This document shows positions 29,583-39,153 of a stretch of DNA of 64,000 nucleotides, piece by piece. The DNA is from a virus. A model generated the notes under the pieces. The model was not told where the DNA came from and made no database searches. It was given only the letters and a program-made list of their open reading frames with translations. A program made the position numbers and the translations under genes. The stretch lies in IMG/VR virus record IMGVR_UViG_3300042691_053605, positions 78,918-142,917 of that record; one strand, 5' to 3'. Within the stretch, counting starts at the first letter, position 1. Every line of letters begins with the position of its first letter.

Positions 29583-30006
29583 TTGTATTATTTTGTATAT
29601 CTATTTGTGGTATGAGAAGGGTTATTCTGTGCTTTCCTTTTTCTCCGATTGGAATAGGATTTCCTTCCTCATCAATATGTACAAATTTAATGTGGGTTCT
29701 CAAGACAATAATTTGTCTTCCTGTGTACACATTATGGGCTCGGGCTTCCATATACAGAGTTATTGAGGAATTACCTACCTCAGAAGGACAACCGTAAATT
29801 TTTACCAGCTGTCCTTCCCGAGCAGGTTTTTCAAAATAACATTTGTCAATACTGACAGTTACCATTCTGGGAGAATCGCATAATTGCATTGCGTATCCCG
29901 CGGCAGCGGCATCAATCCATGCCAAAAGCTTGCCGCCAAAAAGATTTCCGTGAAAGCCTAAATCGCTTTTCTTAATTGGGTGTGTGTTTAGTAATTCCAT
30001 TACCAT
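29557..30006 (-). CDS. acyl-CoA thioesterase (hotdog fold)
   Basis: HGNLFGGKLLAWIDAAA...VTVSID..F..P. Confidence 0.88.
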   Translation of the reverse strand: MVMELLNTHPIKKSDLGFHGNLFGGKLLAWIDAAAAGYAMQLCDSPRMVTVSIDKCYFEKPAREGQLVKIYGCPSEVGNSSITLYMEARAHNVYTGRQIIVLRTHIKFVHIDEEGNPIPIGEKGKHRITLLIPQIDIQNNTNGNSQQES

Positions 30007-30677
30007 TCTGCTCCTTTATGTGAATCTACATAAGCAATTTCCTTTTTGCTCATAATTTCAGAAATTTCGTCAAAGGAGTACGGACGAAATTCTGGGTGTG
30101 TATCTACTCCTACATCCATTGTTTTCCCGTTTGCACAGCGAGTTGGATGCGTTCCGCTTGCTAAGGCGTACAAATCATCATATCTCTTTGTGTTTAGGAG
30201 TTCCATAATTACGTGTGCAGAAACCGATGGCTCTAGTGTTCCGTGACTGTGTCCGTGTAACATCCAGGATCCTTCATGGGATCTATTCCATACCCGATGA
30301 GCATAATGGCTCATAATAATTTTTTGGCCATTAATAGTTGCCTCCCGGTAAAAATCTACAGATGAAAACAGCGACTGCAATTCTCCATCATTGCGGATAA
30401 TCCGTTCGTCATGATTTCCGTAAATCAAATGAATGTTTTGGCAATTAATGCGGGAACGAAATTCACGGTAGTACTTTATGTCGTTAAAACAGTAGTCGCC
30501 TAATAGGAAGAGCACGTCATTTGTATCTACTGTGCTATTGATATTATTTGCCAAGGCGTCATCCATGTCCTGTAAAAGTTCAAAGTCTCGACATCGGCTT
30601 TTATCCGTCCAGCTTGAACTGCCGCGGCAGATATTTTTATGATGATAGTGTGTATCACTAGTAAAGAAAACATTCAT
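30000..30677 (-). CDS. calcineurin-like metallophosphoesterase
   Basis: SDTH, LGD, GNHD and HGHSH motifs. Confidence 0.9.
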   Translation of the reverse strand: MNVFFTSDTHYHHKNICRGSSSWTDKSRCRDFELLQDMDDALANNINSTVDTNDVLFLLGDYCFNDIKYYREFRSRINCQNIHLIYGNHDERIIRNDGELQSLFSSVDFYREATINGQKIIMSHYAHRVWNRSHEGSWMLHGHSHGTLEPSVSAHVIMELLNTKRYDDLYALASGTHPTRCANGKTMDVGVDTHPEFRPYSFDEISEIMSKKEIAYVDSHKGAEW

Positions 30678-30681
30678 AAGA

Positions 30682-30966
30682 TTAAATTTTTGCGGATTCG
30701 TGTAACGGATCTTCTACTTGCTCAAGAACCCATCCCGCTAATTGGTAGTTTCCTATCAGCCGTGGAACATCTTTTGCAATAAAGATACTTCTATTTTTTA
30801 CCTTTGAGGTCTTACTCTCAAGCGTGTACTCATAAATAAACCAAGGATCTTCCGGATCTTCCGTAAATGTCATAACTGATTTAGCACGCGGCTTTTTCAT
30901 TTTGTATATGATTCTGCCTGTTACCACGGTTGACGTAGGATCCGGTTCACGTTGCCATTTACTCAT
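30682..30966 (-). CDS. hypothetical protein
   Basis: 94-aa ORF. Confidence 0.5.
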   Translation of the reverse strand: MSKWQREPDPTSTVVTGRIIYKMKKPRAKSVMTFTEDPEDPWFIYEYTLESKTSKVKNRSIFIAKDVPRLIGNYQLAGWVLEQVEDPLHESAKI

Positions 30967-31153
30967 TGTCCGCTATTTTGATGTAGTTATCATAACTTAA
31001 CTGTACGCCAACTAAATGGTATTCCTTTGGCGTATTGAGATCCAAGTGCCAATGGCGACGAATAATCGTGCCATTGGTCTCTTCATCAATTCCCTGAATA
31101 AACTGATAAAAGCTATCCAGGACTTTCTTTTCAACATATACAGTTATTGTCAT
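30959..31153 (-). CDS. hypothetical protein
   Basis: 64-aa ORF with coupled overlaps on both sides. Confidence 0.45.
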   Translation of the reverse strand: MTITVYVEKKVLDSFYQFIQGIDEETNGTIIRRHWHLDLNTPKEYHLVGVQLSYDNYIKIADNE

Positions 31154-31602
31154 ACCTTATCGGCCATTTGTGCGTATACTACAGGTTCTTGCAATTTTTG
31201 AATAGTTTGGTTAACCATTCTTTCGTAAGCAGTGCCTTCCCAGGTAGCTCCAATTTCTAGTGAAGATCTACGAAATACCGGATAAATTACTGCTTCATTT
31301 TTAAGTGGTGAAATTTCTTGCACCTTAAATACCGAAAGAGCATATCCGTTTTTATCCTCAAACGCCTTTGAAATAAAATCCCCTGGAGCAATAGGTACTA
31401 GCGCCTGTTTTTCCGAATCTTTCTTCATATACACCGCAGACTTATGCGTAGTATCAGAATTAAAAACTACGGTTGCTCTGCGCAAGTCTGAAAAGTCAGT
31501 TGAACTTTCCCATAAACAAGGAACACCAGTACGAGTTCTTGCAATTTTGATTGTTTTGGTGGCCACTCCTTCTGGTGCCATTTCCATCTTTGTTGTTTCC
31601 AT
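31150..31602 (-). CDS. hypothetical protein
   Basis: 150-aa ORF. Confidence 0.55.
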   Translation of the reverse strand: METTKMEMAPEGVATKTIKIARTRTGVPCLWESSTDFSDLRRATVVFNSDTTHKSAVYMKKDSEKQALVPIAPGDFISKAFEDKNGYALSVFKVQEISPLKNEAVIYPVFRRSSLEIGATWEGTAYERMVNQTIQKLQEPVVYAQMADKV

Positions 31603-31603
31603 C

Positions 31604-32509
31604 TTATTGAATTAAAAATATATGTGATAAAGCATGTTTACATTTTTCGTGTGTGATTTCACCGGAAGCCACGATTTCTTCCATTTCTTTTTGAAATTCT
31701 AGAGTTTCTTTTGTTAACTCGTGTTTGTCGCTTTTAATCTTAAATAGCGGTGATTTTGCGTAAAAGAAAATTGGTACATTATTTTGTGAACGTTCTTCTA
31801 GCATTTTATCGCCAAGTTCAAAATGTCTTTCATAATAATGAATGTTATCTGCGCAATGGTAGTACTTTCCAAGTTTAAGGTCTGGATAGTGTTCGCGTAA
31901 ATTATGCCACATGGTTTGCATTACTGCGGCAAAAAACGGAACATCATAGCTGTAACCGTAAAACAAATCATTGGAACGCATTTGAACTTTCATATGTAGT
32001 TCGTCTTGGCGAATCCAAAAATTAAGATAAAAAGTGCATACAAAATCCTTGTTACCTTCATACTGAAACTCAGGACGATTAACAAAAGAGATTGCCTGAC
32101 GGCTTTCTTTATCTTTTACCAAGGAATCGTATGCCCAAATTAGCTGTTTGCTGTAGAACAAGAGATTTCCATAATTGGAATTGATATTGCCATCCTCGTC
32201 TGCAATACGGTTCCAAAAAGAGGAAAAGTTCTTGATGTACTCAATGTTCCTATCGCCATTTAGATACCAGTACATTTCACCTGCAAAGTATTTCCAATTA
32301 AACGGACGTGATTGGAAATCCGGAATTGGAAACTGCGGAGAAATTGGAATAGTTTCAAGGACAAGCTCGCGGACTTTTTGTCCTCGAGGCGCGGTTTCTA
32401 GCCCGCTTTCTTTTAATTTGTTTAGGGTATCAAGAAACGCATCAGAGGCAGACGAAACTCCTGATTTGATTAGATAACTCTTCAAAACTTCGATATTGGT
32501 CACCTTCAT
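31604..32509 (-). CDS. thymidylate synthase-family enzyme, dCMP hydroxymethylase (T4 gp42-like)
   Basis: DFVCT...QMRSNDLFYGYSYD; Asp at the specificity position that is Asn in dUMP-specific ThyA and Asp in gp42. Confidence 0.8.
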   Translation of the reverse strand: MKVTNIEVLKSYLIKSGVSSASDAFLDTLNKLKESGLETAPRGQKVRELVLETIPISPQFPIPDFQSRPFNWKYFAGEMYWYLNGDRNIEYIKNFSSFWNRIADEDGNINSNYGNLLFYSKQLIWAYDSLVKDKESRQAISFVNRPEFQYEGNKDFVCTFYLNFWIRQDELHMKVQMRSNDLFYGYSYDVPFFAAVMQTMWHNLREHYPDLKLGKYYHCADNIHYYERHFELGDKMLEERSQNNVPIFFYAKSPLFKIKSDKHELTKETLEFQKEMEEIVASGEITHEKCKHALSHIFLIQ

Positions 32510-32999
32510 TTACTTTAATTATTAGTTTGTTCTTTATTTTGCTGTTTTCAACTGCTCGGTCAAACGCTTCAATCTCTGATCTTTTCTTTTCTACATCAGC
32601 AGAATACGAATTGCCATCATCCTGTGTTACAATAAACTCAGGATCTGCTTTTAGGTATATGAGAAATACCTCATTATCATGGTCAATACCAAATTTTGGT
32701 TCCATACGGAGAACCCATTCCTGCGGATCACTGTTTCGATAGAGCGAACCCCAGACAAGTTCGCCAAGGTGAGCACGATTCCAAAAGAGTACCTGATTAG
32801 GCATTCTTTCCCGTAAAAAAATGTAATGGGAAAACTCTTCAAAGAAAGACTGTTTTTGATAACTGGTCTTTTCTTCATTGGTATCGCCTTTTGGAAAGGA
32901 CCAATGGCGAACGGAATAATTGCGAAGGTTTTTAGTTAGTTCCGCAATATGACTGTCTTTGCCACAGCGGTCCAGGCCTTCAAAAATGATTAACTTCAT
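32442..32999 (-). CDS. thymidylate/dNMP kinase
   Basis: IIFEGLDRCGKDS P-loop; NRAHLGE. Confidence 0.85.
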   Translation of the reverse strand: MKLIIFEGLDRCGKDSHIAELTKNLRNYSVRHWSFPKGDTNEEKTSYQKQSFFEEFSHYIFLRERMPNQVLFWNRAHLGELVWGSLYRNSDPQEWVLRMEPKFGIDHDNEVFLIYLKADPEFIVTQDDGNSYSADVEKKRSEIEAFDRAVENSKIKNKLIIKVNEGDQYRSFEELSNQIRSFVCL

Positions 33000-33017
33000 A
33001 AAATAATTTGTTTATGA

Positions 33018-33043
33018 TTATATTCTCAGTTTACAAAAGGTTT
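33018..33043 (-). promoter_or_regulatory. ECF-type promoter
   Basis: AAACCTTTTGTAAACTGA-GAATATAA. Confidence 0.65.
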
Positions 33044-33047
33044 TAGA

Positions 33048-33803
33048 TTAAATTCCAACAGAATCTTTTATGTGTTGAGGAATTTCAATTATTGGCTGAT
33101 TATGCGTTGCAAAATACCATTTTTCAATTTCTTCTTTAGATTGTTTTCTATAATGCCAATTATAGTTGTTTTTAACAGTATTGCTGGACCACTTTAATTT
33201 TGAATACCTAATGTGTCTTTCTGTACATATATTAAAATCAAAACGATGTAAATGCAGCAAAAGCAAATCTTTTTCGAGAGGTATTTTAGTTTGGCTTTTT
33301 ATTTCATCCATATTTTCATGCAATCCAATACACCAATTAATAGGTTTGTTTGTTATCAAAGTTTTATTATAGTAGTTGCTTCTAACCCAAAAATTTCTTT
33401 GCGAAAAAATTGGTTTCGAACCATCAAACTCAGGTTCTTTATTAGGCAAATGAATTATTTCATACCCAGTGCATTTAACAAAATCTTTATCCAATTTATG
33501 AATATAGTTATCTAGGCCTTCTGGATGATAAATTATTTCATCTACGTCAGTTGGAATTACATATTCATACTCTTCCAACAGTTTTTTATGAAATTCTTTT
33601 ATTGCCTCAAAAAGTTCTACCGCATCAAGGATATTCCTTTCAGTATGTACAACACGGCAGCCCGTTGGCTTTATTTCAGAATTAAAGTCTAAAAAATAGA
33701 TATCTTCCACCGATAAAAACCTGGAATAATAGGCTAACCAGACAGGAGAAAACGTAGTTTCGTCTTTTACGGGACAAAATACTGCAAATTTTTTCTTTTT
33801 CAT
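33048..33803 (-). CDS. GT2-like glycosyltransferase
   Basis: PVKDE...W..YY; TDVDE DxD motif. Confidence 0.75.
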   Translation of the reverse strand: MKKKKFAVFCPVKDETTFSPVWLAYYSRFLSVEDIYFLDFNSEIKPTGCRVVHTERNILDAVELFEAIKEFHKKLLEEYEYVIPTDVDEIIYHPEGLDNYIHKLDKDFVKCTGYEIIHLPNKEPEFDGSKPIFSQRNFWVRSNYYNKTLITNKPINWCIGLHENMDEIKSQTKIPLEKDLLLLHLHRFDFNICTERHIRYSKLKWSSNTVKNNYNWHYRKQSKEEIEKWYFATHNQPIIEIPQHIKDSVGI

Positions 33804-34483
33804 TTTGCTTGTAATTCAAATGTAGTAAGTATTGGAAAATGATCCGAAAGCTCGGAAGGCATAACCTCTTGTTTAATAGGAACTGCTCGGCCACGGCCTA
33901 CACAATAATCGATTCTTCCAAATTCCGTAGTTCGGTCTTCGCCAATATCCATGCATTCGGAAAGAAAAACTTGTGCCTCTGGTGTATTCGGTAAAACATT
34001 CATGTCTCCACCAAGTATAAGATCTTCGGGAAACTTTATGGCATGCAAATTTTCCCAGGATCTGTCAGTGTGTACAATTCCAGTGTAACCATCATACGGC
34101 ATATGTACATTTACTACCGAAATTAGTCCATCAATTTCAACAATAATTTCTTGCGCGTAACAGGCCTCTCGATTAAGATCTGAAAGCAAATAGCTTTTCT
34201 TTTCAAAAATTGGAAACCGTGAAAGTATACATATTCCATATTCGCCGGCTCCTCTGAAATTTAGACGTTTTGTCCAATAGGATTCCCAGCCTTCACCAAA
34301 TCCTTTGCGGAATTCTTCTACCTGATCTCCAGCGCCTGAACGATTTGCAAATCGGTCAACCTCTTGTAGCAGAATAATATCGGGTTCAAACGATACCGCC
34401 TCCTCTACAAATGCGGGTATATCTATGTAGCCTTCGTTTGTTAGTCCGTGACGTATGTTCCAAGTGAGTACTTTTATGTTCAT
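33800..34483 (-). CDS. endonuclease/exonuclease/phosphatase (EEP) family protein
   Basis: TWNI, LQEVD, GDMN, RIDY and SDHFP motifs. Confidence 0.9.
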   Translation of the reverse strand: MNIKVLTWNIRHGLTNEGYIDIPAFVEEAVSFEPDIILLQEVDRFANRSGAGDQVEEFRKGFGEGWESYWTKRLNFRGAGEYGICILSRFPIFEKKSYLLSDLNREACYAQEIIVEIDGLISVVNVHMPYDGYTGIVHTDRSWENLHAIKFPEDLILGGDMNVLPNTPEAQVFLSECMDIGEDRTTEFGRIDYCVGRGRAVPIKQEVMPSELSDHFPILTTFELQAK

Positions 34484-35289
34484 TCAATATATTTAGATGC
34501 AATCCAGGAGAAAGAACATGTATTAGGTTTTTCTCTTAATCTTTGTTCGTTCCATTTTTCAATTTTGTTATGATTAACTGAAGTGTCATATAAATGTACA
34601 CTATAAGAAACCGGCAGGATAAGTTCTGGAAGAAACTTATCATACAGTTTCTCAGACTCCGTATAGCGGTACGGATAAAAAGCTTCCCACTGCAGAGTTT
34701 TGAAATGACCTTGTAAACTTTCACGAGCAACAAGTGTGCTGTGCATTTTTACGCTGTGCTCATCCCAGTATTTGTCCTTTCCTTTACTCCGAAACCAGGT
34801 GTATTCTGCGTACCATTCCTCAAGGTATTTTGAATTAGGCGGGCTTACAAGTACACCGTTTCCGTATTTCCAATCGCGCGATCCCAGTTTACCTACAATA
34901 AACTTTTCTTCTGCAATAAGATCATCAAATGACTTAATAGTAATAGTATCAAAATCAGAATACACTCCGCCTTGCTCCATAAGCAATTTTATTCTGAATA
35001 CATCAGAGGTGTGTGCGGGATGCACCAACGGGTTTCCAAAAACTTCGGTTGGCGGTTCTACAATATGTAAATTAACAAATGATGAAACCTTTTCCCAGTA
35101 TTCACCGGTAGGCTGCGCGTTTGTATAAAAGTTAATAGAGTAATCCGGATTATGCTGATGAAATGACTTAACTGCCAAGTATCTCATCAAATCCCATTGC
35201 GCTTCCCGTTTACTTTTATCGTTGTAGAAATAAATGTAGTGAGCCTTCTTATACTCCGGGTTAGCCGTTTTTGTTTCAAACAGAGACAT
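34480..35289 (-). CDS. GT32-like DxD glycosyltransferase
   Basis: SDVFRI..L...GGVYSDFD. Confidence 0.85.
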   Translation of the reverse strand: MSLFETKTANPEYKKAHYIYFYNDKSKREAQWDLMRYLAVKSFHQHNPDYSINFYTNAQPTGEYWEKVSSFVNLHIVEPPTEVFGNPLVHPAHTSDVFRIKLLMEQGGVYSDFDTITIKSFDDLIAEEKFIVGKLGSRDWKYGNGVLVSPPNSKYLEEWYAEYTWFRSKGKDKYWDEHSVKMHSTLVARESLQGHFKTLQWEAFYPYRYTESEKLYDKFLPELILPVSYSVHLYDTSVNHNKIEKWNEQRLREKPNTCSFSWIASKYIE

Positions 35290-36485
35290 TAAAATAGTGA
35301 TTTAGAGGTTTGATCGGTTTTACTATCTATCCGCTTCGCAAGATTGTCCTGTCTGAAATAATCTGTACCGCTATCCGCAAGTTCGCCGTTCATCCACTTA
35401 AGAACCTGCAGTGTCCAATCTGCTGCTGTATTAACTGGAACATTTTGAGAGATTTGTGAATACCCTTCATGTGATAACTCAAAGTTTTCATCCATGCCCA
35501 TCAGCCACATAATCTCTTGAATGTTCATCCAACGATTTTCGGTAGGATGCACTGATTGTTGAAGAGTTCGCCCAACCACCGCAGGTATATCAACCGCATT
35601 AATATGAGGAGTGCTGTCCCATACCCTCTTTTGCATTGCACGTTCAAAAAGTTTTAAGTACTTTTCAGATTTTGCATCTGTACGGCCTTTCAGATAATCA
35701 ATAACACTCTCAGCTCGAGTCTGCTCACGAAATGCGTATATCAGAATTGAACGGTTGCCTTCAAGTGCAGCCTCGTGTGGAGTTTTCTTTTCCACATCAG
35801 TTAACCACTGAAATAGCGGATCTTCTAAAAGATTGTCTTTTAGGAAAAACTTATCGGTGTATTTTCCTTGTGGAACACGACTTAAATACTCCTCAAGTGT
35901 TTCCTTTGGTTTTTCAATCCATTCCAGTATCGGAGCAGTTTCTGACTTCCAAAAGAAGTAAAAAGATCTTACGCGATTCTGCGGAATACCGTGCATTGCA
36001 GTGCTAGTCTTTATTACGCTAAAAGAGTAACCGTGACGTTTTCCAATTTCGTATAGCGTATCTGCCACTTTTTTACCCAGTGCGGTATACAAGCCCGGAG
36101 CGTTTTCTCCCCAGAGTACTCTGGGTTTTACATTTTCCAACACATATTCCGAGGACTTGTACATCCATTCGTTTTGAACTGCATCAGCGCCTCGTGCCTT
36201 TGCACTGCCTTCTTTATTAGAAGAATTTAAGGCAGATAGCCCAGCACATGGACAGAGGCTTACCACCATATCCACCCCTTCAATATTTTCTGTAAAGGTA
36301 CGGTCCCAGGCTATTCCGTCTTCACCAATAGTTCCATACGGAACTTCAGGAAAGTTTAGTCGGCAATGACTATCATTACTCTGAAATTGTTCATAAGATA
36401 ACATAAATTGAGGATCTTGACCTGTGGCCTTTTTTGCTCCTAATACCATTCCGCCAATCAGCGGTACAATTGCTCCGTACTTCAT
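35289..36485 (-). CDS. C5-cytosine methyltransferase-like protein, paralog 1 (atypical motif I)
   Basis: PC (CPCAGLS), EN (GENAPG), Q.R.R and QNVP motifs; motif I reads IVPLIGG rather than FxGxGG. Confidence 0.8.
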   Translation of the reverse strand: MKYGAIVPLIGGMVLGAKKATGQDPQFMLSYEQFQSNDSHCRLNFPEVPYGTIGEDGIAWDRTFTENIEGVDMVVSLCPCAGLSALNSSNKEGSAKARGADAVQNEWMYKSSEYVLENVKPRVLWGENAPGLYTALGKKVADTLYEIGKRHGYSFSVIKTSTAMHGIPQNRVRSFYFFWKSETAPILEWIEKPKETLEEYLSRVPQGKYTDKFFLKDNLLEDPLFQWLTDVEKKTPHEAALEGNRSILIYAFREQTRAESVIDYLKGRTDAKSEKYLKLFERAMQKRVWDSTPHINAVDIPAVVGRTLQQSVHPTENRWMNIQEIMWLMGMDENFELSHEGYSQISQNVPVNTAADWTLQVLKWMNGELADSGTDYFRQDNLAKRIDSKTDQTSKSLF

Positions 36486-37705
36486 TAAAATAAACAGGTT
36501 GAGTTGCAGGGTTCCTCCACTTCTTTAGGAGCTCCTGATAAATTATTTTGTTTGAAAAACTTTTGTCCAGAGGACGGTAGTTCTCCTTTTATGTATTTGA
36601 TAACTTCAAGCGTCCAATCGCGTGCTGTTGCGGTAGGAACATTTTGTGCAATATGATTCCACTGGTTTTTGTTCAACAATTGAAAATCATGCGGTAGACC
36701 CATTAAATGCATATACTCGCGGATACTGATAAATCTCTTCTCTTCGGGATGGGAACCGCAAATCATATTTTTGGAAATAACTGCCTTAAAAGTATCAACA
36801 CCTAATCTTGGTGAAACATCCCAGAATCCTTTTCCTTCTGCCAGCTTTTTCTTTATATGATGCAGCGAACGTGAATCCACCGAGTCTGGAAGAACTTTAT
36901 CCGTGTACGCAATGCATTCATCCAACCAACCTTTTTTAATTAAGAGGTAGTTCATAGTACCCGAGTCTTCTGACATAATTTCTTTCCAGGTCATACCTTT
37001 TTCCTCCTCCATAAACTTGATGATAGGCAGTCCTTCAAGCTTCCAGGTATTAAAAGTTTCTTGCAGAGTTGCATCAGCAGGAACCTCTTTTAAGTATTCA
37101 CCAAGAGTTTTTCTTTCCCGATTGTAGAAATTCATAATCGGCGCGTATTCACTGTCCCAGAAGAAGTAAAATGTTCTTGGTCGTTCCTGTGGAATTCCAT
37201 GTTTACTTGTAGTAGTTTTCATCAAACTCATACTGTAACCATGTTTTTGACCAATTTCAAACAGTTTTTCTGCTACGCCTTTTCCGATTGCTCCAAAAAG
37301 CCCAGGTGCGTTTTCTCCAAAGAAAACTCTGGGTTTAAGAGTTCCCAGAACAAATTCAGCAGATCGGTACATCCACTCATTCTGAGCGGCATCTGAACCT
37401 CTAGATTTGCCTCCACCATTCTTGGAATAGTTTAACATAGACAATCCTGCGCATGGGCATGTAGTGCTTACAAAGTCCAAACGATCTACCACTTCTTCGG
37501 TTTCATCAAGATTAATGTACGGAACATCCGGCCAGTATTCGCGTAAATGGCTTTCATTTTCCTGAAACCCTGTATATGTGTAGAGAGCCTTTGGCTTATT
37601 ACCCGTTGCCATGGAATTACCAATAGCGAATCCTCCAATAAGAGGTACAATTGCTGCCCAGCTTAATCCACTATCTTCAGTGCTTGTTTTACTGTTGTTT
37701 TCCAT
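36485..37705 (-). CDS. C5-cytosine methyltransferase-like protein, paralog 2 (atypical motif I)
   Basis: IVPLIGG, TCPCAGLS, GENAPG, PQERPR and QNVP. Confidence 0.8.
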   Translation of the reverse strand: MENNSKTSTEDSGLSWAAIVPLIGGFAIGNSMATGNKPKALYTYTGFQENESHLREYWPDVPYINLDETEEVVDRLDFVSTTCPCAGLSMLNYSKNGGGKSRGSDAAQNEWMYRSAEFVLGTLKPRVFFGENAPGLFGAIGKGVAEKLFEIGQKHGYSMSLMKTTTSKHGIPQERPRTFYFFWDSEYAPIMNFYNRERKTLGEYLKEVPADATLQETFNTWKLEGLPIIKFMEEEKGMTWKEIMSEDSGTMNYLLIKKGWLDECIAYTDKVLPDSVDSRSLHHIKKKLAEGKGFWDVSPRLGVDTFKAVISKNMICGSHPEEKRFISIREYMHLMGLPHDFQLLNKNQWNHIAQNVPTATARDWTLEVIKYIKGELPSSGQKFFKQNNLSGAPKEVEEPCNSTCLF

Positions 37706-39153
37706 TCTTCTAAAAAATTGTAATAGTTAAAGTGTTCTTTTAATTCGTGCATTACTTGTGCCTTTTCCTCGGGATGGCTGTCGTAATATGCAATTCTTTC
37801 CAGGATTTCTTCATGATCGTGAACCACAATCTTTTTCTGTAGCCACTCGGGTATTCCCAAAAATTCCGGGTCATACCGATAATCAAGAAGAGGAAAAACG
37901 TCCAGTGAAAGATAAAGGGCAGGCCTCCAGTTGATGATATCGTAGTGCGCAATATTCTTTGCAACCAAGGAGTATTCGTATTTGGCAAGTGTTCCATTTA
38001 GTTCTTGTGTATCAATATATCCTCGGTAGTTTGGATGCGTAGAAACCGATTCCCAGAGTTCTGAAATAATTGGATCCTCTTCAATTCTCTTTTGAAAACG
38101 GGAAACACTGCGGTTTTCTTTCTTTCTTTCCGAAATATGTCCGTCTACTTTAGGCGGCACATAGATATCAATTCCATCTCCGCGAAGATTTCTTAGGTAT
38201 GTATTCCAAACATCTCTGCGTGTATTTTTACTCAAGAATACTGTTCCGTAAAAGCAAAACTTATGTTTCTTGGTTTTGTCGGTTTCCCAAGGTTTGTCAT
38301 AGAGAAAATGTTGCATTTCTGCCACTGGAAAGGCTTCAAAATCTCGGGTTCCACGATAATCACGAGCAAGCGCAAAATTGGTATGTGCAGGCGAAATGCT
38401 ATCAAATAGTCTATAATAGGATCCTGGATCTACAACATAATAATAAGACCTCTTAAAATTTCCATTAGCAACCGCGTTATCAATACACCATTTGCCAAGA
38501 TTAAACGCCAAGTTTTTCATCCAATAGGTAAAAGTAAGAATACCCACATGGTAATCATACTTGGCAGAAATCTTTTTGCAGTTCTTATGGATAAAGTCAA
38601 TTATTTCCGGGTCGTTTCCAATGTAGTCATGAAATTCATTACCTTTGTTTACCGCGGAGGAAGTTCGGATCTTTTCTGAAACATCTCGTTTTGCCCAGTA
38701 ATCTTTAAGCGGAAGGAACGCCCAGCGTTCATCCAACCACATAACATATTCAGGTGTGTACTTAGGCATTTCAGCATTGAAATGATGTATTACAACATCG
38801 CGATTATGTTCCCACGAAAGATTATCATCATCTTCGGAAACTTCAGCCGCGCGCTTAAACTTCTTGGCTTTGATTTCCTCAAAATCATTATGGTGTATAG
38901 AATATATGTTGCTAAACCCCATGTCAACCAATCGGCTAGGATCATTATCAACTCCTAACCATATAAGATTAAAACGTGGCTCAAGAACCTCTTTTACCAT
39001 TTGACGGTACCAACCAATAATATGATCCTGTTCTTTAGAAAACACAAGCCTTGAAAAGATCAAGGCCATGGTTTCTTTGTTAGGATCCAGCGGCTTAACG
39101 TTGTATGAACGTATAAGCTTAAGAGTTTTTTCGGGTGCGTCAAATAATGCCAT
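37663..39153 (-). CDS. DNA beta-glucosyltransferase-like (GT-B) protein
   Basis: C-terminus DIINWR...FPLLDYRYD...VHDHEEILERI...EWKTTVKQAL resembles the T4 BGT C-terminal domain as I recall it. Confidence 0.55.
   Translation of the reverse strand: MALFDAPEKTLKLIRSYNVKPLDPNKETMALIFSRLVFSKEQDHIIGWYRQMVKEVLEPRFNLIWLGVDNDPSRLVDMGFSNIYSIHHNDFEEIKAKKFKRAAEVSEDDDNLSWEHNRDVVIHHFNAEMPKYTPEYVMWLDERWAFLPLKDYWAKRDVSEKIRTSSAVNKGNEFHDYIGNDPEIIDFIHKNCKKISAKYDYHVGILTFTYWMKNLAFNLGKWCIDNAVANGNFKRSYYYVVDPGSYYRLFDSISPAHTNFALARDYRGTRDFEAFPVAEMQHFLYDKPWETDKTKKHKFCFYGTVFLSKNTRRDVWNTYLRNLRGDGIDIYVPPKVDGHISERKKENRSVSRFQKRIEEDPIISELWESVSTHPNYRGYIDTQELNGTLAKYEYSLVAKNIAHYDIINWRPALYLSLDVFPLLDYRYDPEFLGIPEWLQKKIVVHDHEEILERIAYYDSHPEEKAQVMHELKEHFNYYNFLEEWKTTVKQALKIVD

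Noticed and set aside
31604-32509. Calling this gene ordinary thymidylate synthase (thyA)
   Set aside because: The specificity residue is Asp rather than Asn and the context is hmC glycosylation, so a gp42-like call fits better.
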